DNA of 64,000 nucleotides from Perkinsus chesapeaki ATCC PRA-425. Its lineage: Eukaryota; Protista; Perkinsozoa. A program made the position numbers and the translations under genes. Where the stretch lies: assembly GCA_013115145.1 (NCBI GenBank), contig JAAPAO010000010.1, positions 62,001 through 126,000 of the forward strand, read 5' to 3'. Below are positions 1 to 10,784 of this stretch, piece by piece; positions within the stretch are counted from its first letter, which is position 1; every line of letters starts with the position of its first letter. Under the pieces are notes generated by a model. It was not told the DNA's origin and made no database searches. It saw only the letters and a list, made by a program, of their open reading frames with translations.

Positions 1-59
1 TACAGCTAGCGATGTAAACAGGCGGGGTTAAATACGGCGACTAAGTTACCATTTGTTCA

Positions 60-3000
60 ATGGTGGGGCGCAAGACCTCCTCGACTTCTCAAGGCCGAGG
101 GGTGAAACGACCGCGTGTATCTGTCTCTCGCAGTGGCTCAGGCGTGTCTAGGACACCACGATTCACGAAGCCACTGCGGCCGAGTGTCGGGAAAGGTGGA
201 GCATATGGAGTTTCGATTTTGATGTTTTTTCGTGTAGAACCTAGCTCAGCCGCCAGCCAGGAGTCAGTCGTTGACATTTGCAGTAGCAGCGAAGACGAAG
301 CCAAAACTGGCAAGCGCCCCGCTGGAGGTTTCTGGTCGGAACAATTCTTCCGAGATCTCACTTTGGCCCCGCGTATCGGTAACAAGGCAAGCCCTCCAGT
401 CACTCGGGCCCTAGCGTAAGAACTCATGTGGATTATTGCGCTTCCTATGTTTAATTTCATTCCCATCGTCCATCAAATGGACTCCAATTTACACGCTTAT
501 TTCGTACCTTAAAACCCGAAGGTTTTTGACATCTACAACAGCACCATTCTTCGTTCTCAGCATGAAAGCGCTTCAGGGTTCTGTTAACGTAGATGATATC
601 AAGCTGTGACTGCTTTCAATCCACGTCGTGTCAGGTCTGCCAAGCCCAAGGACGGAGCTGCGCGCAGAAGCCCGCCTGCAGTCTCGTCAACCCCTGTACT
701 CGTCGTTGCGAAGGAAAGGAAGTCCGAATTGGCCGTCGCACTACAAAGCCAAAATGCCGTCGTTCTCCTGTACGGTCCACCTGGATGCGGCAAGAGTTTC
801 CTCCTACATGCGGTATGCGAGGAATTGGGACTATCTGTAACAGAATACAGAAGTAGAGGATGGGTGAGAGGTAAGGATTGACAGGATGAGGTCTAAGGAT
901 AAGCCGTAACATGTTTATTCAACTCTCTAAGTCTATTCGAAGTCTCACTCGTTAGTATCTTTGAATTAGCACTTGGTGTCGCTGGCATAGGATTTGGACG
1001 GAGTGCTGCTGATTTCGACGAAAGGGTTCCCGGTATAATAGAGCGTTCACCTATAATACCGTTAGTGTAGGTTACTGCTAGTCGGTTAGTATTCCATTTA
1101 AGGCTAATATCCATTGGGTACACATTATCATTGTGCACATCTCTTCATTTGGTGGTTCAAAACCCAAGTGATATAACGAAATAAGGCTACTGGAAGTTTT
1201 ACTGTACACTGTTTAGGTTATGAGGACCGTAACTCTACATTGCGATTCATACGGACTCCACTTCGACAGGGAGTTAAGCTAATTCGAGATTCCGCAATTG
1301 ACCTCATATCTACAAGGCAAAGTTATGACGCCGGTGGGTCTCGAGTATTCCCGAAGGCCTGAATCACTTTGTCAAGTTGTTGCTTTCGAGAAGGACACAA
1401 TCGAGGCTCTCAGCTTGGTAACTGGCCGTGTCGTTATCAGTACAACAAATTACAGACTTCTCGATAAGTTAAGTGAGTTCGTGTCACTTATGCGGAAGTT
1501 CGCTCTAGCATTCATTTTGCAGGGCAATCCCTTTCAACACAACAGTTAAAAGTGGTCACCTTCCGCCCGCTTCCCGTAGCCGGTATTCGTAAGATACTCA
1601 GATCCAAGCTGTATGCGATGGGTTGCCCATTTGTGTCAACCAGTAATATCTTTCGGCTCCAACTTGGCTTGAAATTATTCCTATGTAGCGCTCACCGACA
1701 GCTTGGCGGCTGAAAGCCGAGGCGATGCAAGATTCGCCTTGAACCAACTGGAAGCTGCTACAGCGGGTAGTGTGAGCTCTGCAGGATACGGCGGATGTTT
1801 GAAGGATAATTCATTTGACTACTTTCATGCTCTAGGGAAGGTAATCCTCAAGCCGTATGTGACTTGATAGTAGCGGTATTAGGTACTGTACTGTAAACGC
1901 ATTGACCCAGACGCACCGGACAAACCTCCTTCACAGTTGCCACCAGTGAAATTAGTTTCGAAGATGGATCGTTTACCACCTTACTTTGACGTAGAGGAGC
2001 TATGCTGTATGCCTGAATGGGAGAATAACGACACGGTGTCCCTTTTGCCGCAGCATAACAGGCGAGCAACTCGATTACTCAGGTCGTTAATCTTCTCCAT
2101 GAAAACTACATTGACTTTTATGGAGACATTGGCGATCTTGCGGAATGCAGTTCCCGACTGTCGACGTTGGACGCCTATCGCAGTGGATCGTATAGGACAT
2201 GGTGAGCATATAAGCTTCGCGTTACGGCTATTTCACGACAAGACCTTCGCCAGGAGGTCGACAAGCTCAACTGACAGCAACGTCGGCATCAACTTCGTAT
2301 CATCCTGGGCATGTCGAGCAGTCATGGACAGCAACTGCCATCCGGTGTCTCCATCGAAGAATAGGTTGCATCAATTCCGACCCGAAAGGCGGACTGAAGA
2401 CCGTGCCAGGACATCGGTGAGCTTCGTAAATACTAATGGTTCGGTAGCGAGGTATTGGCGATAGTTTCTCATCCATTTGAGCTACCTAATAAGCCCGAGC
2501 TGCCGATCACCTATGTCGAGTGCTTCTATGATTTTGCCATTCACAGACTTATGTTTGCGGGCTACCTTTGGCAAATGGCCGCCATTACCTGGAAGAACCC
2601 TGGAAATGGTAAGAGCCTCTGAGATGTTTCGAGAGGACTGCGGCGCAGTCACTGTGCCATTTTGCTGGAGGCTAAATATGGCAGATTCGATGAACAGCTG
2701 TGAGCCCATCAACATCTGGACTGAAATGTTGTGCCCTTACCAGTTGACGATAGCTAGAGCAAATTTTAGGCTTAGCACTACCACAATGGCACGTATCAGA
2801 TACATAGTCTGGCTAATCAAAGCGCATGCACGCATCCATGGCGTTCTTATGAAGACGAGAAAATCGAGTCTCCCTCGGCTCCGGAGGACCTCCTCTTAGA
2901 TCCTATCAACGAGGTACCTGCTCTCGTTCGGCCATGTAGGAGAATGCGTTGCCAGAACTTCGATGATGATCCTGTTAACCCCCCCGGGGACTTCCTAGAC

Positions 3001-3084
3001 GAAAATGAATGGAATGATCTCACCGAAGAAGACCTGCAAGCAATTGAGGCTGCGGCAGTGGCAAGCAACCTGGCCACCGAATAA
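60..3084 (+). CDS. RAD17: Checkpoint clamp-loader subunit RAD17/Rad24-like AAA+ ATPase, multi-exon
   Basis: Walker A LLYGPPGCGKS followed by VCEELGLSVTEY (ORF 606-881), RFC-type SRGDARFALNQLE near 1720-1755, and FHALGKVI near 1824-1848, which resembles the Rad17 FHxLGK motif. The acidic tail ends ...VASNLATE* at 3084. The first exon is uncertain. Confidence 0.8.
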
Positions 3085-3176
3085 CTTGAGTTTCCTCCAG
3101 TTTTCTCTCGCGTTGTTCTTCAAGAAGTAGTACCTCTAATCGGGTTGCTACGCTAAATGAGCGCTGCTTATTTATA

Positions 3177-4217
3177 GGTCATAATTATGACCATTATACA
3201 TAATGTATAATGGGTTTCAGCCAGGAATTTTGACCCATACGCCTCGCGCCTTCCCGCTTTTGTCCCCGCGCGCCTGAAGTTCAGGCCCTGAACAAATTTC
3301 ATTGGACAAACTTTGTCCGATAAAGTTTTCCTAATAAAAAGTCCGTTTGGGTTGTCCATCTCGAATATCGATTGAAACGCTGTTATAGAAAAAAATACGT
3401 CCTGAGGACGCCCGTTCAGGAAACAGGTTACCTGGAAAATCAACGGTATTTAAGCATATCGGATACTAACACAATATTAGTAACACCTAACATTTGATGG
3501 ACAACAAATCAACAATCTGCTGATCAAGCTCTACCAGAGACTCTAGTTTAGAGCCATTCTCCCATAATCAATTATCAGTGATGTACGCCGGGAGCTATTG
3601 TACCACGTAACGGTAGGGCGCCGGCTACAGAAAAACATGCGTGTCACGAATGCTGGATGAATATTTACTGGTTAGTAGTTACTAAGCACGAATCACCACA
3701 GCGGTCTTCTAAAACGCAGTCTGTGCTGCACTGGGCACCCTGCACATGCATCCGACAACCGAGGTGCAATGGTGCACAGCTTGAAGCTGTTCGTGCTTTT
3801 GCAAAGCGAACTTCAATCATAACTCAAATAGAACTGGTTTGGGAGAACGGTTTCCGCTACGATAAATGCCGGTATCAACGGTAAACCACTATAACAACAA
3901 CTATCAAACAGATAGTTGTTGTTATAGTGGTTTACCTGACTGATAGTATCAGTACAGCTACCGCCCTGAGGGCGGTAGCTGAGAGCTACTAGTAGCTACT
4001 AGTAGTAGCTCTGTGAGGGCGGCGCCCTCACAGAGCTATACCTAATGAGATTAGGCTTGAACCCTAATGAGGAAATACAACGCGCCTGAGGCGCGCGCCT
4101 ATACGCCTAGGCCATGATTCTTCTGACGCGCCTAGCTTTTCTCATCCATCAAAAGACGCGCCTGGAGGCGCACCAGATACGCCTAGCTGAAACCCATAAA
4201 TGTATAATACATTTATG
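3177..4217. other. Noncoding hairpin/palindrome-dense element of unknown nature
   Basis: At least 10 perfect inverted repeats read directly, including a 26-bp stem (3880-3936), a 15-bp stem (4006-4038) and a 12-bp stem (3955-3981). The ends carry a 15/16 inverted match (3210-3225 vs 4182-4197), each next to a 10-bp AT-rich hairpin with a TAA loop. Confidence 0.8.
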
Positions 4218-4779
4218 AGTACGTGTTATTCAACAAATATCATTCAATAGGTATGTTTTGAACGCTCGGCGCTCTGAGAAACTATGTAGCATAAAGTTTA
4301 TGATATAAATGTGCTGTGATACGCTGAGATCCGAATGGAGGCGCTGGATAGTCGGTCATCGAGTCATCTTTCTCCGTCGGCCCAAGGGTCGGGGATTGAT
4401 AGAATAATGGCCAGCTGTGGGTGGAAGCCAGTCGGTCCAGTAGAGTGGCTCGGCCGTTCAGCCTGACGGTCAGGCCCTGAGCGGGTTAAGTTGCCAGTGC
4501 TCAGCAGTGCAGAGTGCTGCGCTGGCACTGGCGAAGCAGTTGGAGTCGAACTGTTCAGGATTTCCGATCAGCGAGTCAGTGTCACTGGCTCAGTTACAAT
4601 ATTGGGAACTCTCAACGCAGATAGTTCAGCCAACAACAACAATCAGTCTGCTCAGTCTCTGAGCTCGTGAACGCGCTCTGCACAGCAGGGCCTCTTGCTC
4701 CCTTAGGAAGCAATCATTCAAGAACCTGTCTCAGCTTCGTTCCCAGATCCCGTTCTCGGGACAGACCTCTTTAGTGAAC

Positions 4780-5586
4780 CTAAGATACGTTGAACAAGTA
4801 TAAATAGATTACTGCGCATGAAGAACCTACTGTACCTTCGCCTAGCTCCAGGTCCAGTAATGTTGACGATCTCGCGATAGACAGTAGTTTCACCATCAAA
4901 CATACTTGGACCGCCGCAAGCAAAACCCCCACTATGCCTACCACAAGGATAGCTATGAACCATCCTGTGTGGTAGGCTATAGGTGAGCTTGCATCGTCAC
5001 TGGGGCTCGAAGCCACCGGAACGATGCGCTATGCGGTTTGGTGGTCGTTGAGGATCTGAATAAACGATAAACACACGAAGAATGAATGTAGCGACACTTA
5101 CTCCTGTCCCGTCGGATAAGACGGATTCCGGACCATCGCTGAGGTTGTCGCTAGCCCGTGACTGTCGCTGCTAGCGTACACTCCAGACACTACTGTGGTG
5201 GTCGTCGGCTGCATCGTAGTGATGACAGGCTCATCAAATGGATCCAGCTCGATGCCACTAAAGTTGAACCATCCGACAGCCGTGGTTGTTCCCACTGGAA
5301 CACCACCGGTGCTAGCATCGAACAGTGGATCCAATTGGATGCCACTGAAGTCGAAGTCTGGGCTAGCCGTTTCGGTGGTGGCCAGTGGTGCCACAGCTGC
5401 CGTCAGGTCAAATGGTGGATCGAGAGTGATTCCACTGAAGAACCCTCCGACTGCCTCCACAGTAGTGTCCTTCGATGGCGCATCAGTCATTGGGCCGCCG
5501 AACGGGTCTAGCTGGATGCTGCTGAAATCCAGCTCGCCCAATACCCCAGCCGATAGGAAGAATATAATGCTGCCGAGGAAGTGCAT
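4780..5586 (-). CDS. Putative surface/secreted protein: signal peptide, four FS(G/S)IxLDP repeats, Thr-rich stalk, probable C-terminal TM helix beyond an apparent frameshift
   Basis: Hydrophobic N-terminus MHFLGSIIFFLSAGVLG, four repeat units about 29 aa apart, a GTAAGT donor at 5101 and an acceptor near 5056. A TM-like segment GWFIAILVVGIVGVLLAAV lies in ORF 4780-5016. Confidence 0.6.
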
Positions 5587-6793
5587 TTAATTGTTTAAAA
5601 TACTGCTTCAAAGTAAAATTACCATACATTATTGCTTGAGTGCTCTACACGGTAGAGTCAATCTGCACCTAGCTCTTGGTAGACCCAAATAAGATGGTAA
5701 TCAGCTAATTATCAGATCGGTTATGGACCAGGACTTCTGGTAAATGATCAAATTGTAAGAATTTGGTATGATGAACTATTGATTGTCAAATTATTACTTA
5801 TACTATAAGTAATACGTACTACTAGTGACTGTATAATCTATTTTGCCTGGGAGATAGGATCGAATGAACACCTTGGCTACAAGGGTTTCTACATGCTAGT
5901 TATTAGGTATTACTAACGAGTTATTAGTAGAAGCACGGTGCTAGGTTATCAGCCGTACACCTAGGACTGTGCTTCTACCACTACAGGTAGAGCTTTTTGG
6001 GTCAAAGTTTGGTGTTAACAAGGGACCCATGCTACATTCAAACTTTGGCCGACAACGAATGGCGGAATTCCAGAACGCAGTAGGCAAGTCTCAGAAGGAC
6101 GGATGCAAATTCTCATGCATATTTCACGCAAATGGAATCTTGCGCTGTACTCGATTTTGGAGACTCTGACTCACAAGATCTGATTTGTTCGGTTGTAATG
6201 GCGGCTTTGAATTTAATTACGATGGAAATAGTTTCGTATATAAAATTCTATGATCGCATTTTTCAAAGGGTCTCTTTGTGGTGTCGATTTTGGATGTAGA
6301 CGTATGGTCTATATCATAACTCTTATTAAAGCAGGGCTCTCACTGCATCGTGAGAAGGTTGCATCGAGTTACAATGCACCAGCATCCGAGTACTTATTGA
6401 AGTTCCCATTTGTCGGTTATATTGGGAGGGTTGTCAGAGTCTCGTGGGTGCATGTAAGAGTCTCAATTGGGGGCTCCCCAACACGCATTAAGGTCAAACC
6501 ATATATCCTATTATTCCTGCGTGATACTGTCTTTATCGATCTTCCTATAATTATAATGTCACACTGGATATTGTGTTCATAGTTTCTACAAAGGCTGGTA
6601 CTACTGCTCTTGATACAACGTTGAATTAGGGCAAATCATATTTTCTAAAGAAATCGCCACTAAATAGATTTCCGCGTAAAGTTCTTTTCTCCGTGAAGGT
6701 ACGTCCTCTACCGCTGTTTGCCTCTACCAGACTGGGACTTAAGGTTTTAGGTTGACCTGTATAACAGCTCAGCTTTTTGAACTAACGGAGATA

Positions 6794-9406
6794 ATGGATG
6801 TCTCAATAACTTCGACTCCGTCACTCACCAGAGACGAGCCAACCAGCCCAGACACAGGGACTAGTCGAAGGAGGAGGAGCATTTGGAAAACAGATTATGC
6901 ACTATATGAACATAGGAATACTTTTATGAAGGTATTATAAGGGTTACAACGGTTATATGGGACACGAGTTACATTGGGCTGGTTTACGCCGTTATTCTAC
7001 ATACTCAAGTTGGCTATAATATAACCTGCGCAGTCTAGCTAACTGAGTGAACGCGTAACCTGTCCAGGTTGCCCGGCGTAGGTTCAAAGGGCTCGAAAGC
7101 TGCATCGAAGTGATATACGGCCGGAGGATTGGGACCGAGAAGGATACGCGCTGACTAATATCTGTGAGCGATTGTCGGTGCCAAATAATTATTTATACAG
7201 GCTGACTTGGATAACAGCTATATCATTCTTAGGCGAGTGCTGAATCCAGGAAGCTCACGGATAGACATTGTAATAATGAACTTAGGGGATGCTTTGCGGC
7301 GCCTAGAACCTTGCGATTTCCGGTCCTGGTTACGTCTGTAAATTAGCGAAACTCTTGCTGCTAGCTTGCTCACAGAATCCTGAAGGAGACTATGAATGCA
7401 CTAGGTTGATGCCAAGACGTGCTCTCCTGAGGAGTTTCGCAGCAGCTACGTAGCGGCAGAGAAGCCTTGTATTATACGGGGAGCGATATGCCATTGGCCG
7501 GCTATTAGAGATAAGCGGTGGGGGATGGATGAACTGTGCAAACGGTTTAAGCACGTACTAGATGGGAACGTCGCTCGTTGTTGGCGCGAGCAAGCTTACA
7601 TATGGAATCTGGAAGTGATAGCGCAGGTTCCCTTCAAGGTGGGGTCCGATGACTACGGACGGAAGATACGAATGGACTTCAAGTACTTTGCCGATTATTG
7701 CCTAAATAACCATGATGATTCTCCATTGTAAGTCCCTGAACCACCGTTCTCTCTAGTGCGTATTGAAAGGTATCTTTTCGAATCTGGCATGATGTATCGA
7801 GGGGAGATGGCATCCCTATTGGAGGATTACGAAGTACTTTTGGTTGCCTAATTATGATACCTAGTAGTTGGCGAGCTCAGGTTCCACGTGCATGGTTCCC
7901 AGAAGATATCTTTGGCCTAGCAGGAAGGGACAATCGTCCACCTTACAGATGGTACCACTTTACTGGCTTGAATGCCGTAGGGGATAGGGGCTGCCTTTCG
8001 ATTAGCAAATCCAATCCTTGTTGAATATTATTGATCGATAACGTCCCCAGTGGCGATCATCAGCGGACAGGGCCCTGGGTGGCCTAGCCGCTATTATCCG
8101 GGAATTTGCAGGATTCCGTAATCACCTCAATACACGCTTAACCGGGGCGTTCCACAGTTTATTCTTGAGAGCGCCGGAAGGCCTATTATCCGTTATGAAC
8201 CCTGACGGATAACTCTGCACGCTTGCTAGTACTATTATCCACTGGCCTTCATGTCCGGGTACAAGTCGCTATATAGATTCTTCTGCCCCCGCTTAAGATA
8301 GATGCGAGGGTTCTGGTCGTGAGCTTTCCATTGGCCTAGATACTGTTTACTATGTGCTGGGGTCGTCGCAAGGATATTTCCAGGTTCAGTGTTGGACCAG
8401 CCCGAAGTGGCACTAGTGTACATAAGGATCCTCTCGGCACGCATGCATGGAACGCCTTAGTGAGCGGAACTAAGCGATGGGTGCAATCTGCTGCTGCTGC
8501 CGATGTGTGGTGTGATTGGAGGGCTCAGACTTCAGGTGTTGTTACCGCCAAGGCCCCCAGATGGTGTAGCAAAGGGGAGATATGTTAGGGATGAGGGTCG
8601 AGATGATGAGCCTGTGCAGTACTTTGATTATATCATACCAAGGATCATGTAGTGACAGGGGGAGGCGGGGGAGGGACTCGGACCCACTAATTGTCTCCAT
8701 CGAGTTGCTATGGCGAAACTTGGACTTCGAAAACTTGTTAAAGTTTTCAAATTTTTAAGTGTCCGATTTCCGACGGGGGATCCAGCAAACTCTCTGAGTA
8801 GTGAGGCTTATTTCGAGAGGCCTTCGATAAATCGGCTAGTGGCTCATCCTTTTGCAAACATTCCTGTCCCATCGAAAACTCCAACTTTGGGGTTTTGCTC
8901 CTTCCTACTCAGTGAGACTACACCAGTGTTAGCCGCTCTTAGAGGTGAATGTGTATGAGGCTGTCGTCCTCATCGTTACTTGTGGGCTGTTTTTGTAGTG
9001 CTGGCAACATGGATCACTGTGGGGAAGTATACGAGGCCATCCAAGAGTCCGGTGACGTAATAGTCGTCCCCGGCAACTGGTGGCACGGTGTGCTCAATTT
9101 GAACATGACTGTAGCGGTGACGCAGAACTTCGTATGTTCGGAGAATTTCGATGAAGTGTGGATGAGAACTCAGAAAGAGCGACCGAAGTTATCTCAACGT
9201 TGGAGAGAGAATATATTTCGATGGGTGAGATCCTCTGTTACAGGGGGACTACGGGAGACTCGGCGTGTTGATAGGCACCGGAGTTAGGGCGGAGGGTTGC
9301 CTATATAGATGACAACTTGGATCGTTTATGGAAGGAGTCGTTACGGAAATACACGCCAGAAGGAGATGAAAGTGACAGTAAGTGTGATGTTTGTCACGCG
9401 CCGTGA
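6794..9406 (+). CDS. JMJD6: JmjC-domain protein, JMJD6/PSR-like, multi-exon
   Basis: Exons encode [67 protein letters not shown] and [27 protein letters not shown], with the HxD...H iron ligands intact. Both termini are uncertain. Confidence 0.85.
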
Positions 9407-9599
9407 AATTCGTACTCGGTGTATTATACTAATACACCTTGACATTATTTGTCCTCATCACATCCGTGTATTACATTCGTTTAGTGGTATGCTGCTGTAA
9501 TGATAAATAGATGTAGTAAATGGAGTAATAATAGCTAATGTCACTGTATAATACTACCCTACTTCGCACCCATTGCTGCTATGTTGTTATTCTGACTTC

Positions 9600-10452
9600 G
9601 GGATAGCCCTTACTAGAAGGCTCGGTATGGCTCTTTCGATAGTAGATCTCGAACGTTACGTCACAATCGTGTGCTCCAGTATAACACGGAAGGGCTAGAA
9701 GAGAGAAATGGATGATATGTTGCCCTCCCCTTATGTCAGGCACTTCATCATCATCATCCTTTAGCTCGAGTGATACAAAAGGAGATATCGAATGGGATGG
9801 ATTGGAGGTACTGTATGGTTCACCTAGAAGAGCATCTAGGCTCTTCAGCGCCTACGGGGGCAGCGGCGGCCTGCTGACACAAAGAGCGGTGTCTCCCCGA
9901 GCACGATTGAGGATGTCTGCATGGAGCATACTGGCCATACTCCTAGCAAGCTGTTGGCCTCGTTGGCGATTTGACGATGTTTCTTGAAGTGATGGAGAGT
10001 TGAGTTAGTCTCAGCAGTATGCCGTTGATCAGCATAATATAGTTAATGCGGCCTGGGTCACCGACACTCGCCACGGACACTTCAGCATCATCAGGAAGAC
10101 ATCAACGAGAAGCCAGTGAGGGCCAGAAGGCAAGCGACTGGGAAGAATACATTTAATAAGGCAGCGGTGACAGGTTCGATCGAACGCCTTTGCAAGCATG
10201 AGTAAGGAGGTTAACCAAGCTAGGCTGGGGATGCTAGGGGAACTTATGGAGAATAGGAAACGAGCTGAAGTAAAGGGCACTATGGGAGTTTGTGAGGAAA
10301 GTTTGGTATGACGGTGGTTTAGGAATCGGAGCAGTTCTTCTTGACGAGGATGCAGCAGGAGGCAACGAGCTTCCAGCAACTTGTACAAATGTTCGAGGAT
10401 TCCCTCGGGAAGGTAGGGAAGGTGTTTGTATTTCTGTCTTACCCGCTTCCAC
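9600..10452 (-). CDS. Hypothetical multi-exon protein
   Basis: Protein-like reading segments (ORF 10234-10452, AFDRTCHRCLIKCILP, ELKDDDDEVPD) separated by intron-like sequence. No family recognised. Confidence 0.3.
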
Positions 10453-10784
10453 GTCTTATCTTCATCGAGAGGTGTTAGAATACCTGCGAGCCTTTCTCCG
10501 TTTAGTTGTATAATTTTCTCGCGGGATCACCTCTGAAAATGTATCTCTTAATACTGCGAGGTACCAGAATTGACCTCAGTTCCCCCTACAGTTATACTTC
10601 CTTCTGGACAACAGATGGAGTCGGCTGCCTTCACATATTTCAAATCATTTGCGGGCACTGCTTGAACTGGGGTGCCTCGCGCACGAACGCAACTGAGAAT
10701 TCGGGAATGTGTACAGGAGGTCGACAAAATTTTACGAAATCTTTCCCGGTCTACAGATTGGCATTTATCTCATCGATAGGTGAC

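Noticed and set aside
5950-6750. Possible decayed minus-strand gene with TAA/TAG stops
   Set aside because: No recognisable motif, and the stop frequency is compatible with noncoding sequence.
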